Source of the DNA: Felis catus
Lineage: Eukaryota
Assembly (NCBI RefSeq): GCF_018350175.1
Contig: NC_058368.1
Span: forward strand, 104,162,001 to 104,226,000
Direction: 5' to 3'
DNA length: 64,000 nt
Shown: piece after piece, positions 25,638-38,298 of the stretch
Position numbering within the stretch: the stretch's first letter is position 1
How the letters are laid out: every line of letters starts with the position of its first letter
The notes under the pieces: model-generated
Database searches by the model: none
The model's input: the letters and a program-made list of their open reading frames with translations, nothing else
Told to the model about the DNA's origin: nothing
Made by a program: the position numbers and the translations under genes

Positions 25638-26190
25638 TGGAGCAGATGCTACCGGTGTCTTGTTAAATCCCCTTTACAGCGGCATCTGGGTGGCTCAGTC
25701 GGTTGACTCTTGATTTCGGCTCAGGCTCTGATCCCACAGTTCATGGGTTTGGCGCCCCCCCCCCAACTGGGCTCTGTGCTCATGGTGTGAAGCCTGCTTG
25801 GGATTCTTTCTCTGTGCCCCTTCCCCTCCTGAGCATACACACCGGTATTCTCTCTCTCCCCCTCTCTGCCCCTCCCCCTCCACATGTGTGCATGCACCCT
25901 CTCTCTTTTTTCTCTCTTCTGCCCCTCCCCCTCCTGCACACACGTACTCTCTCTCTCTCTCTCTTTCAAAAAAAAAGAACTTTAAATTCCCTTTACAGGC
26001 TGGAGTGCCAGTGTTGGCTGCTAATGCCTCACACCTATGCTCTGCCCAAGACTTGCATTTGGCTGAAGGAAACTGTCTAAGTCACAGATGGCTGGGAGGT
26101 TAAGCCACTTCCCACCCAAGGTATTGCTTGGAGTCAATGACTTACTGACTGATGCAGAAATATAGGCCCAGACCTTTCACTTCAGGGAGG
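25638..26190 (+). mobile_element. LTR16-like 3' LTR (3'-truncated) containing a SINE (25679-25977)
   Basis: Begins TGGAGCAGATGCT after the PPT; shares GTGTTGGCTGCT with the 5' LTR; SINE TSD TTAAAT(C/T)CCCTTTACAG. Confidence 0.65.
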
Positions 26191-26199
26191 TTCTCTAAA

Positions 26200-26341
26200 C
26201 ATCTGTACTCCCACTTCTACAGTGCACAGAGGTGCTGTCCAGCCATGGACTACATTTCCCAGCCTGTCTTGCAACTAGACGGGGCCATATGAAGATTTAT
26301 TTATTTATTTAGAGTGGGGGAGAGACAGAGAGAGAGAGAGG

Positions 26342-26383
<42 letters not shown>

Positions 26384-26787
26384 CCCAAGTAGGCTCCATG
26401 CTGACAGCACAGAGCCTGACCTGGGGCTGGAACCTACGCAGAAACCGTGAGATTATGACCTGAGCTGAAACCAAGAGTCGGGTGCCTGAAAGACTGAGAT
26501 GCTCAGGCGCCCCCATATGAAGGGCTCTAACCAATGGAATGTGAGAGGAGGTAAGGCATATTCTCTCAAGACCAAGATTAAGATGTCTTTTCTGTTTCTT
26601 CTTTCCCTCATCCTCCTCCGGCACATAGATGACCCTACAGTAGGGAGGCCATCAGATCCAAGGAGTCTGGGTATCCGAGTTACCTTGTGGAAGACTGCCC
26701 CCAATTAGTCATACTTATATTGTTAAATGAGAAGTAAACTTTAATTCTGTTCAGCCATTAAACTTTGTGGGTTGTTTCATTATAGCA
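26200..26787 (+). mobile_element. MLT1-type MaLR LTR containing a SINE (26295-26514)
   Basis: GACTACATTTCCCAGCC...CCAATGGAATGTGAG...CAGCCATTAAACTTTG...TTATAGCAGC...CTAATATA. Confidence 0.7.
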
Positions 26788-27004
26788 GCTGGCATTATTC
26801 TAATATACTCTTTACCTGTGAACTCTAAGGGGATTCCTGAAATACTAGGATGTTGAACTGGATGTTTCCAAGGTCAATTCTGATACAGATTCTCTGGTAC
26901 ATTTCCTTGAAAAATGGCTGCATGATGAGTTATTTCACTTGAGGTTTACTTTATTGAACAGTATCCCTTAATTATTCTGTAGTAAACATGGTAAAGTTCA
27001 AAAT

Positions 27005-27165
27005 CACTGGATCAGATGAACTGGATTCCAGTTCCAAGCTCCTCTCCCAGCCTGTGACAGAGTCCTGTAAAATATGGCTTTACCTCTCCAAACCTCAGTT
27101 TCATCATCTGAAAAATACAAATTAAATATTAAATGTACAATATGACCTCTTAGATCCCTTCTAGC
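27005..27165 (+). mobile_element. MIR
   Basis: CCTCTCCAAACCTCAGTTTCATCATCTGAAAAAT core. Confidence 0.7.
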
Positions 27166-27819
27166 GCTTATATTTACTGATCCTCTATATTGTATTAAAA
27201 TCAAATCTCTTCAAGAAATATACAGCATCAGCTTTTTATAAGCCGGGGGAGGAGTGGGAGCACAGGACTTTAGTGCATTAATACTGCATTAAACTTAACC
27301 TATAATAAACTTTTTAATCACAGAGTGTCTTTTATTATTGGACTTCAAAATTTGGAGATGAGTCAAAGACACTAGGTTCTTTGCTTTTGGCTCTAGGTAG
27401 TCAAGTTGTCTCAAATAGCTCAAATACTCCATTCAATTAAGGCATAATTGGGGAAGATTTGTTTCAGAGCAGGGGGAAACAGGGCCAAGTGAGTCCAATG
27501 GGAAATGGCCGTATTTGGCAAGGCCAAGAAATGCTCCAGGGCACTCGGCCATGACTGTGGCAATGACATATAGGCCCATGTTGAGAATTAATCCAACATT
27601 AAGCTTATAGGCTGAATGAAGTTTTGTTTCCTTTATAAACAAATAGGCATGGCTATGTTCCAATAAGATTTTGTTTACAGGTTTCAGTAATCATTTTTTT
27701 AAAATGTAACAAACCTAAAGAAAGTCATTTAGAAGTCACAAAATTATTAAAGAAAAATTTCCACAAGGAATTACAGATAAATCTTTTACCCTGGTAAATA
27801 TAAAGTCTTCTAACATTCT

Positions 27820-28214
27820 GGGGGCACCTGGGTGGCTCAGTTGGCTAAGCGTCTGACTTTGGCTCACTTCATGATCTCATGGCTCTTGAGTTTGGGCCCT
27901 GTGCTTATAGCTCAGGGCCTGGAGCCGGCTTCAGAGTCTGCGTCTCCCTCTCTCTCTGCCCCTCTCCCACTCGCACTCTGTGTGTCTCTCTCTCAAAAAT
28001 AAATAAACACACAAAAATAAAGTCTTCTGGGGTGGCTGGGTGGCCCAGGCGGTTAAGCGTCCAACTCTCATGGTTTCGTGGGTTCGAGCCCTGCGTTGGG
28101 CTCTGCATTGACAGTGCGGGGTCTGCTTGGGATTCTCTCTCTCCCTCTCTCTCTACCCCTCCTCCCCCCACGCTGTCTCTGTCTCTCTCAAAATAAATAA
28201 ATAAAACTTAAAAA
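27820..28214 (+). mobile_element. Two nested CAN-SINEs
   Basis: TSDs AAAGTCTTCT(AACATTCTG). Confidence 0.85.
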
Positions 28215-29544
28215 GTCTTCTAACATTCTGTGTCTCTGAATCACATAGATTTTCTTTTTCTTTCTCTTCTTTTTTTTTTTTTTTTAATTTTTGTATTGGG
28301 CGGGGCATTTAACTAGTCTCTTGATGTTTGTGTAAGAAACTTAGGCCAAGCATATATAAGGAAGGTGTCAGAAAATATCTGGGGCTTTCTCTCACCTTTT
28401 ATTAGACTGCCTTTGTCTTACCTTTTGCATAATATGCAGATTCTCATGCGTCTGATTTTCCCGCAGGTGAGGATGAGGACCAATCCTCAGAGGTTGGAGG
28501 CTGGATTCACTTCATGCTTGGGATTACACTTTCCCCAAGAGGTAAATTGTGTCCCATTCTAGGGGTTCACTACGGCTTGAGCAATGACATTCCATGAAAA
28601 CACTTAAAGGAAAAGAAAAGGCAGACGATCTTCTCAGCCTCTTTACCAAGGGTTTGGCACTGCTCAACCCTCTACAGACCTGGCTTCCCTGTGTTGGGCT
28701 GTTTATTCCTTACACTCCTGTTACTAGTATAAAGGGCACAGCTATTTCCTTAAGCACCTGGAGGTGAGGCATTGCTGGCTTTCTCCATTGAGGGCCTATG
28801 GAGTAATCACAAGTTTCAGTACATACAAATACACCACACCACTAAAGGACATGTTGAAGCATCCAAGACCTGGTTCCATAAAGCTTCTAGAACACGCTTT
28901 AAGCATCACCTGGGCTTAAAATCTCAGCACCATCTGACCCCCACCCCCTTTTGCCTCCTATAGCCAATCATGTGCAAGTTTACGATTATTCAACATACAC
29001 AGGGTTTCTCATGTCATTCCATTCTAAGGCCACCATCACTGACCTCAGGCCCTGTCACTGACACGGTAGCCTGAGACTACAGTCTTTCAGCCCCATCTTA
29101 GACATACTGGCGGCTGAAGCATTTAAAGTCCATTTCCCATCATATCAAGTTCTGCTCAATTCTTGACCATGGTTTCCTATTGCATTTGCACGTCTAAATC
29201 CGCACAACCCAACCCCAGAATCTCTTAAAACGAAGCTCAAATTTGCATTTTCCAGCTTTAATTTCCTAGTATCTATTTCACACATCCAACTCAAATATAA
29301 CTAACTACCTGAGAAAACTTAAGCTTTCTTACATATGTGCCTTTTTTAATACTCTGCCTTGATTCTTCTTTGAAACTTTTTCCCTATGAGTAGGGTCTGG
29401 GTTTGTTTTGTGTTTGCTTTTTGTTTTTTGTTTTTTCCTACTGCTCCAAATGCAGAGCCATCGTCCACATAGCTACTCTGCAGTACACTGTTGTGGAATC
29501 AAGTTAGGAAATGGAATCCCTCAGGTACAATTCAAGACCGTCCC

Positions 29545-30525
29545 ATCACACATATCTGACAGGCACTGTTCTACGGTAAAGGATGTAAAATTGAACCCAA
29601 CAGGAATAGGTTCCTGCCCTCATGGAGCTTAAATGGGAGGTGGCAGTGCTAGGGTATAAAGATATTAAATAAATACATAAATAAATAAGCAACATATTTA
29701 GAGTGTCATATGAGATCTGAACTATGGAGTAGGAAGGGGAATATCAGAGGAATATCAGAAGTGGTTGGAAAGAGGGGGGGGGAGTTGAAACAAGGTGATC
29801 ACAGAAGGTCCCACTGAGAAAGTGACATTTCAGCAAAATACTAAAAGGGGTGAAAATGAACTTGTGGCTACTGAGCATTCTAAAGATAGTCACAAGGCCT
29901 GCAAAGGCCCTGAGGCAGGAACTTATAGTGTTCTAGTAATAAATAGCAAAGATTACAGAGTGAGTCAGGCACTGTGTGGGAGCAGACAAGGTTGGAGGGT
30001 CTTAGTAGACTAAAAGCCGTTGGAAAGACTTTGGCTTTTACCCTAAACCAAATAGCTGGAGACAATGCAGAGCACTGAGTACAGGGGGTCAGTGATCTCT
30101 GCTATATTTTTAAAAGATCTAACTACTTGAAAGTAAACTGCGCAGGCCAGGGTAGAAGCAGGGAAACCATTTAGGAGCCTTTGTGATAAACTATGATGGT
30201 GACTTGGACCAGCATAATGGTGAAGGTTTTGAAAAGAGGTCAGATTCTAGAGATTTTTTTTAAAAATAGAGCTCCTGGGGTGCCTGGGTGGCTCAGTCGA
30301 TTAAGTGCCCAACTTTAGATCAGGTCTTGATCTCACGGTTTGTGGGTTTGAGCCCCGCATCAGGCTCTGTGCTGATTGCTCAGAGCCTGGAACCTGCTTT
30401 GGATTATGTGTTTCCCTCTCTATGTGCCTTCCCCACTTGCACTGAGTGTCTCTCTTTCTCTCAAAAATAAATAAACATAAACAAATAAATAAGAATAAGA
30501 ACTGCTGACGGGTTGAATGTGGGAT
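29545..30525 (-). mobile_element. L2 remnant with a SINE (30277-30495)
   Basis: CAGGCACTGTTCTA...CCTGCCCTCATGGAGCTTA...GCAAAGGCCCTGAGGCAGGAA...GACTTTGGCTTTTA. Confidence 0.75.
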
Positions 30526-30529
30526 GTGT

Positions 30530-31390
30530 TTATCTCTCTGTTTTTTCTTTGCTCATTTGTTTTGTTTCTTATATTCCACATATGAATGAAATATGTAGTA
30601 TTTGTCTTACTCTGGCTTATTTCTCAGCACCATACTATCTAGCCCCATCCACGTCATTGCAAACGGCAAGATTTCATTCTTTTTTATGTCTGAACAATAT
30701 TTCATTGTATATATACACCACATCTTCTTTATCCATTCATCTGTCGATGGACACTTGGACTGCTTCTGTAGTGTGGCTATAGTAAATAATGCTACAAAAA
30801 AACATAGGGGTGTATATATCCCTTTGAATTAGTGTTTTTGGTTTGGGTAAATACCTAGTAGCACAACTACTAGGTTGTAGGGCAGTTCTATTTTTCACTT
30901 TTTTGTGGACTCTCCATACTGAGATTGGCTGCACCGGCTTGCATTCCCGCCAACAGGGCACAAAGGTACAAAGGTTCCCTTTTCTCCACATCTGGCCAAC
31001 ATCTGTTGTTTCCTGAGTCGTTAATTTTAGCCATTCTGACAAATGTGAGGTGATAGTTTATTGCAGTGTTTTTTGTTTTTGTTTTTGTTTTTGTTTTTTT
31101 TTAGAGAGGGAGAGGGTGCAAGTGAGTGAGGGGCAGAGAGAGAGGCAGGGAGAGAGAGATTGAGAGAGAGAGAGAGGGAGAGAAACTGAAGCAGGGCTTA
31201 ATCTCACCCGGTGTAGGACTCGAACTCATGAATGGTGACAGCGCGACCTGAGCCTAAGTTAGATGCTTAACCAACTGAGCCACCGAGGTGCCCCTCATTC
31301 CAGTTTTGATTCTCATTTCCCTGGTGGTAAGTGATGATGAGCATTTTTTCATGTGTCTGTTGGCCATCTGCCTGTCTTCTTTGGAGAAAT
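30530..31390 (-). mobile_element. Carnivore L1 ORF2-end/3' fragment with a SINE (31068-31294)
   Basis: CATCCACGTCATTGCAAACGGCAAGATTTCATTC...TAGCCATTCTGACAAATGTGAGGTGATA. Confidence 0.85.
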
Positions 31391-31519
31391 TTTGGCGATA
31401 ATTGCAAATAGTTTTGGTCTCATCCACAGTTTTAATGAGAATGTTCCTTGTTAGCACACCCTGGGTTTTATCTCAGAGGCTTTCTCAGAAACCACACACA
31501 AGTGATATTAAACTACATT

Positions 31520-32330
31520 TTAAAAATTAGCATGACAGAAACCACCAAAAGCAAAGTCAAATGCAAGTGACAAACCATGAAACCGTATTTGTAGCTCATA
31601 CTATAATACTGTTTCCTAATAGTCAAAGAGCTCCTACAAAAAGATGAGAAACAATGATAAAAACCCAAAAGACAAATTAACAGTGGATAAGAACAGACAG
31701 TTCATGAAAAAAGAGCCCCCTCTAAATGCTTTTTAAACGTAAGACACTCAATATGACTCATAATAGCAAGTTAAAGCTATCATTAGATGATTTCCTCTTT
31801 ACCAGATTGATAAAGATCAAGAACGTCAATAACTCAGAGAATAAACCTTCTCAGAATCAACTTCTATGAAGGGCAAATTTAGCAATATCAATCAATATTT
31901 TAAATGCGTATCTCTGACCAAGCAATTTGACTTCTGGCTCTGTATGTTAGACATGTAATCACATATTTATGAAAAGATACACACACAGAGTTGTATGTTA
32001 ACAGTGTGGCACGTATTAAAAAAAATTGGACACAATTTCTATAGGCAATAATAATAGAGTAATGGTTAAATAAATTGTGGTAACTCCATAGGAAGCATCC
32101 ATTAAAAATAATAAGGCAGCCTTGCAAAACATACTATTAAGAGATAAATATATCATTAAAAGAAAAAAGCAAAGTGAAGAATGGTTTGTTTTTTAAGCTA
32201 TCATATGCATGTATATTTATAGCTACATGAAATATCTCTGCAAGTACGCATGGCAAACTGATAAATATGATTGCCTTTGGAAAGCAAGTGGGTGGCTGGA
32301 GAATAATTGTGGGAAGGAGCTTTTTAAGCA
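31520..32330 (+). mobile_element. Ancient L1 (L1ME-like) fragment
   Basis: Diverged L1 ORF2-end motifs (GGCAAATTTAGCAATATC...GACCAAGCAATT...AATGGTTAAATAAATTGTGGTA). Confidence 0.6.
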
Positions 32331-32334
32331 ACAA

Positions 32335-32640
32335 TTTTATTTATTTATTTACTCATTTATGAGAAAAAGAGACCCAAAGCACATAAGTGGTGGGGAGAGG
32401 GGCATTGGGAGAGAGAGAGAGAGAGAGGGAGGGAGAGAGAGAGAGAGAGAGAGAGGGAGGGAGGGAGAGAGAGCGAGAGAGAGAGCGAGAGCAAGAGCGA
32501 GAGCGAGAGAGAGAGAATCCCAAGCAGGCTGCATGCTTAGCACAGAGCCCAACTTGGGGTGCCATCCCACAACCCTGGGATCATGACCGGAGCTGAAATC
32601 AAGAGTCAGACGCTCAACCGACCCAGCCACCCAGGTGGCC
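32335..32640 (-). mobile_element. CAN-SINE with expanded complex (GA)n
   Basis: SINE body; TSD CAACAATTTT. Confidence 0.85.
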
Positions 32641-32654
32641 GTTTGCCAACAATT

Positions 32655-33035
32655 TTGGATGCGGTTTTCTGGAAATAGACACTGAGACAAAAATGAGTGC
32701 AGAAGGTTTACTAGGGAGTGCTCTCAGGAGATACACCTGCCGGGGAGCAGAGAAGGCGGAGTCGAGTAGAGGGAGATGACCCACCTCATAAGTTGCAGCC
32801 GAAGCCTTGGCCTGTCCTGCAGTTGTGTGGGGGACTCCGGAGCTGGTTTAATTCTTCGGCATTGTCCCCAGCTGAGGCAAGGAAACTTCAGTATCCAGTC
32901 GTTGGCCCGGGGCTACCATCTGGGAGGGACGAAATCTTGGGAGAGGCAGCTCCCAGCAGCTGATGCCAATTGTTGTCAATGTTTCCAACAGCAGGGCTAT
33001 GGGTTCCTGAGCCCTGAAGGGGGAATCGGGGAGGA
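32655..33035 (-). mobile_element. ERV-L class solo LTR (LTR33/LTR16-like)
   Basis: CTGGAAATAGACACTGAGAC...GTGCAGAAGGTTTA.TAGGGAGTGCTCTCAGGA antisense terminus. Confidence 0.55.
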
Positions 33036-33289
33036 AAACCTTTGAATTTGTTCCAAAATAACTAAATAGGATAACGTGGGTGGGGTAAGCAAGATGCCAG
33101 AACCCTACTCTGAAAGTACAGGAGGCTGGGACCGAAAGCCTCGTTTAAAATGGTCTTTGAAGGTCGGTAGCATTCTAAGGAGATGAATCTGACATTGGAG
33201 CTTCTGTCTCATCTCAGAGGGTCCTTAGGTTCCTTCAGCACCCCCATTCCCCTTCAGTTTTCAGCTTAATTCGTTTTTTTTAAGATTTT

Positions 33290-34798
33290 TATTTTTATTA
33301 TTTAAAAAAAAATTTTTTTAACGTTTATTTATTTTTGAGACAGAGAGAGACACAGCATGAACGGGGGAGGGTCAGAGAGAGAGGGAGACACAGAATCTGA
33401 AACAGGCTCCGGGCTCCGAGCTGTCAGCACAGAGCCCGACACGGGGCTCGAACTCACGGACCGTGAGATCATGACCTGAGCCGAAGTCGGCTGCTTAACC
33501 AACTGAGCCACCCAGGCACCCCTAAGATTTTTGTTTTTAATAATCTCTGTACCCAACATGGGGCTTGAAGTCACAACCTTGATATCAAGCATCACATGCT
33601 TTACCAACTGAGCTAGCCAGGCACTCCTAAACTTAATTCGTAATAGTAAAGGTTTTGTTTAAATGCTGCATTATGACTTTTATTGCCAGATATATATTTT
33701 TTTATGTTTATTATTATTATTATTTTTTTTTTTTGAGAGAGAAACAGAGCGCAAGTCAGGGAGCGACAGAGAGAGGGAGACACAGAATCCGAAGCAGGCT
33801 CTAGGCTTCGAGCTGTCAGCACAGAGCCTGAGATGGGGCTCCAACTCACAAACTGTGAGATCATGACCTGAGCCGAAGTCAGGTGCTTAACCGACTGAGC
33901 CACCCAGGCGCCACGCCAGATATTTTATCTGCCCACTATCTAAGCCCTTCATTTTCCCAGGTAATGCTTGGCATTGTCTGTGGTTTTAATCTTTCCAGTG
34001 CATTATGTTCTCAGCACTTCCTGTTATAGGGTGCATTTATTTCCATTCAGTAAAACATGTTTAAACAACCAGCTTGGTCAACATTCTGCTGGTAATGCAT
34101 TATATTTTTTAAAGTAACTGTTCTTCATGTATTTCTTTTTTTTTTATTATTTTAATGCTTATTTTTGGGAGAGAGAGAGAGAGAGAGAGAGAGAGCATGT
34201 ATGAGTGGGGGAGGGGCAGAGACAGAGGGGGACAGAGGATCCAAAGCAGGCTCTGCAGTGACAGCAGTGAACCCGACGTGGGGCTCAAACCCACTAACCG
34301 TGAGATCACCACCTGAGCTGAAGTCGGATGCTCAACTGACCGAGCTACTCAGGCGCCCCTCATGTATTTCTGATTATAAAAGTAAAATGTGCGTATTGAA
34401 AATATTTTAGAAAAAAAACCAGCAAAATAGAAAGAACAAAGACTACATGTAATCCGAGCTTCTAGAGACAAGTACTGTCAGTGTATTGTGGCTTAGTCCT
34501 ACCGATTTTATTCTACATATACAGGGCACAGGTGGGATATCTTACAATCAGACGTAGCAAACAATTAAAATGTGACCCATTTACTTTAATGTCTGGAGTA
34601 AACTGACGTCTGTTGGTGACAGTCATTGTAAAATTACGTGGCTTTAACTTATATTAAAAAAGAGCATCTTGTGAGGCACCCGGGTGACTCTGTCAGTTAA
34701 GCGTCTGACTCTTGATTTTGGCTCAAGTCATGATCTCAGGGTTTCGTGAGATTGAACTCCAGATCGGACTCTGTGCTGACAGTGCACAGCCTGCTTGA

Positions 34799-34849
<51 letters not shown>

Positions 34850-34914
34850 CCTCTCTATCTGCCCCTCCCCAACCCTCTCTCTGTCTCTCAAAATAGATAA
34901 ATGAACTTAAAAAA
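33290..34914. mobile_element. SINE cluster: 33290-33628(-, two), 33697-33912(-), 34135-34359(-), 34673-34914(+)
   Basis: SINE bodies with TSDs. Confidence 0.85.
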
Positions 34915-36009
34915 CAAGGGCATCTTGTGAATCTAGGAAGTCACTGCTAGAATATTTTTTTCATAATTTAGTCAGGCTATGAAGAGTTAACTTATTGATG
35001 CTACTAATCAATCCAGCTTTTGATCTCAGGGTCAAATATCCACGTGGACAAATAAGCCAGAGTTTACTAATTTGTTGGCAAGACCACAGCTTTGCAAATT
35101 AGAGGGCTTGATACAGACATCACATGAGTTTATACAGATGCTCCGGTAAAAGAAGTGTCAGATGAGATCTTCCAAATGAACCAAATATGTTTTTGTATGT
35201 CTTATTGTTGTTTAGCTTGCCACATTAATTACCCTTTCACATATTTTCTCTGAAGTGTTCATCCAGTTATTTTCTGAACAGATGGTCCCCTGAAGTTACC
35301 TCATTCAGGGCAGGGTAATTAAGCATGGAAATTATGTTATGAAATACGGCCCTATCTTTCCATAAGATACGCTACAAAGTCTGGCAGGCCGGTGAATTTA
35401 AACAAAGTGTCTCCAGGTATGTTGTTTTCAGCTGAGTGAAAGAGGCTCCTAGCCGGGTAAAACAGGTTACAAAAAGAGTGGAAGCTGTTGTTCTTGTATT
35501 TCTGGTTATAAGGGAAGAACTTTCAGAGCTCACTGGCTAGCCAACTAACTACCTGAGGTTTGCAGTCATAAACCCTGAGTGAATATGTCAGACTTTTCTG
35601 GGGCTTGGCCTTTCTGCATGAAACTTTTGGATTACAAGATAGCTGTGAAGCATTTACTGCTTTGGTATATTTGATGTTTTGGTTTTTAAGTCAGGCATTT
35701 GGCAATTGCACTAAATCTTCAAGATGTAAAGTGTAGTCTAGTTGATGATCTATGTGGTGACGGTCAACATGCTCATAAGCTTTGGCCATCTGTTGAGATC
35801 TTTGTATCCCTCACAAGGATTGGAAGATTCAACACCAGTATTTATAGTGAGCGGGAACCAGGAATGCTAAACCTCCTGTAGGGTGTGGGAATGTCTCACA
35901 CAAGAAAGTTACCTTCAGTTTGTATGATTTGCCTGTCTTCCACCAGCGTTAACGGACTACAAATATAAATCGATGGTAATTTGATATGTTTTAATAGTGA
36001 AGAGTTTAT

Positions 36010-36878
36010 GTTTTGTTTTTTTTTTGTTTTTTTGTTTTTTTGTTGTTTTTTGTTTTTTTTTTTTGAGAGAGAGAGAAACAGAGCATGGTGGGGGTGGGCA
36101 AGGGAGACAAAGAGAGAGAGGGAGACACAGAGTTCCAAGCAGGTTCCAGGCTCTGAGCTGTCAGCACAGAGGTTGACACGGGGCTCAAACTTGTAAACTG
36201 CGAGATCCTGACCTGAGTCAAAGTTGGACACTTAACTGACTGAGCCACCCAGGCGCCCCAATAATGAAGAGTTTATTGTTGTTGTTTTAAGAAAAGTTAC
36301 AAAAAAATCCCTGTAATTTTGGAGAAGGTGGTATGGACAAGGAAACCCAAATGAATTAAAGACATAGTCTCTGAATAATTTACTAAGTCTGAGATTCCTC
36401 TGTATGTGATGCATGATTATAAATACTAAAAAAAAAATTGGCAGTAAATAAGTTGGAAAGGGAGCTGTTAGTGCTGATTGAATAATTTCCCATTTTAAAA
36501 ATGTATCTGTTATCACTGATGATATACGGTAAGCCTCCCGTTGTATCACTTGTAGTATTGTTGAAATGATGCAGTGGCGTGAAAAAGTGTTTTGCAAATT
36601 CGCAGTTTTAGAAATCGGACAGCCCTGATGGGGTACATTAACACTATTCACGTCTTCATTTGGCAGGGATATGGTACCTTCTCATTTTCTCCACGAAGAC
36701 AGTATGTTGTCTTGGCATGTTATCATTAATTTATTTGAATCGCTTTCTCTTGTCATCTTCAAATATGAATCACATTTGTTCCTCTGCTGTTTAATTTTTC
36801 TGTTTTTTTCGCATGGAATATCTTCTGGTCCTGTTATATCTCAAATCCAATCCTTTTTTTTTTTTTTTTTATGTTTTT

Positions 36879-36913
<35 letters not shown>

Positions 36914-37068
36914 TGTGAGGGAGGGGCAGAGAGAGACCAAATCTGAAGCAGGCTCCAGGTTCTGAGCTGTCAGCACAGAACCGGATGCTGGACTCAAACC
37001 CACAAACTGGGAGATAATGACCTGAGCCAAAGTCAGATGCTTAAGTGACTGAGCCACCCACGTGCCCC
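36010..37068 (-). mobile_element. Two CAN-SINEs (36010-36259, 36854-37068)
   Basis: TSDs AATA(G/A)TGAAGAGTTTAT and CTCAAATCCAATCCTTTT. Confidence 0.85.
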
Positions 37069-37126
37069 TCAAATCCAATCCTTTTGATTACAAGGATCTG
37101 ACTGCTTCCTGTCTTGCAGTGTTTTA

Positions 37127-37312
37127 CTACTATCCAAAGCGTGGTCCATTTTGTGGTCCAAAGTGTGGATATCAGTGAGAGCATCAGTCTCACTAGAAGC
37201 TGGATGGAATTGCAGAATCCACATCCCTTCCAGAACTAATGAATCACAGTCTGCACTTTTGGCAAGACTGCCAGGGCATTCATAAGTGCATCTAACTTTT
37301 GAGAGGCACTGA
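37127..37312. mobile_element. MER5-like DNA transposon
   Basis: CAAAGTGTGG...AGCATCAG..TCAC...TGCAGAATC...GAATCA.A.TCTGCA.TTT...TTTGAGAGGCACTG. Confidence 0.6.
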
Positions 37313-37385
37313 GATAATGGAGCCATATGCTATGGTTGATATATTGAAATACGGTACAATTACATAATATTTTATTACGAATTTT

Positions 37386-38298
37386 GTTACAGGCTGACCT
37401 GTGTCCCCTCAGAATTCATATATTGAAGCCCTGACCCCCAGGACCCCAGAATGTGACTGTATTTGGAGACAGAACCTTTACAGAGGTAATTAACCTAAAA
37501 GGAGGCCTTTTGGGTGGGGCTCAATCCAATCTGGGATCAAAACAGTGGTTTTGGCAAAAAAAAAAAAACAAACAAAAAAAAAAACAAAAAAAAAAAACCA
37601 GACCCATCTTATCAGTGGAACAAAATAAACCTACAAAAGCTTACATGGCCAATTAACCTAGGACAAAGGAGCCAAGAATATACAGTGGGGGAAAGGACTA
37701 TCTGTTCAATAGATAGTGTTGGGAAAACTAGACAGCCACATATAGAAGAATGAAACTGGAGGGGCGCCTGGGTGACTCAGTCGGTTATGCGTCTGACTCT
37801 TGATTTTGGTTCAGGTCATGATCTCGTGGTTAGTGAGTTCAAGGCCCTCATTGGGCTCTGTGCTGGCAGTGCAGAGCCTGCTTGGGATATTCTCTCTCTC
37901 CCTCTCTCTCTCTCTCTCTTCCTCTCCTGTGTGCTCTCTTTCTCTCTCTCAAAATAAATAAGATAAACTTAAAAAAGAAGAAGAAGAATGAAAGTGGACC
38001 CCGTATCCTACACCATACACAAAAATAAACTCAAACTGGATTGAAGACTCACACCCAAGATGTGAGACCGTAAAACTCCTAGAAGAAAACAAATCTATGA
38101 TTTGTTTATTTTTGATAGAGAGAGAGAGAGAGAGAGAGAGGAAGGAACAGAGAAAGAGGGAGGCACGGAATCTGAAGCAGGCTCCAGGGTCTGAGCTGTC
38201 AGCACAGAGCTTGATGTGGGGCTCGAACCCACCGACTGTGCATTCATGACCTGAGCCGAAGTTGGACGCTTAACCGACTGAGCCACCCAGGTGGCCCC
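37386..38298. mobile_element. MLT1 5' fragment (37386-37530), L1 ORF2 fragment (37530-38092) and two SINEs (37761-37978 +, 38095-38298 -)
   Basis: AGAATGTGACTGTATTTGGAGACAG (MLT1); GACAAAGGAGCCAAGAATATACAGTGGGG..AAGGAC (L1). Confidence 0.75.

Noticed and set aside
35282..35416. Possible exon (TTTTCTGAACAG acceptor; GTAATT/GTATGT donors)
   Set aside because: All frames hit stops in the longer form, and no partner exons are evident.
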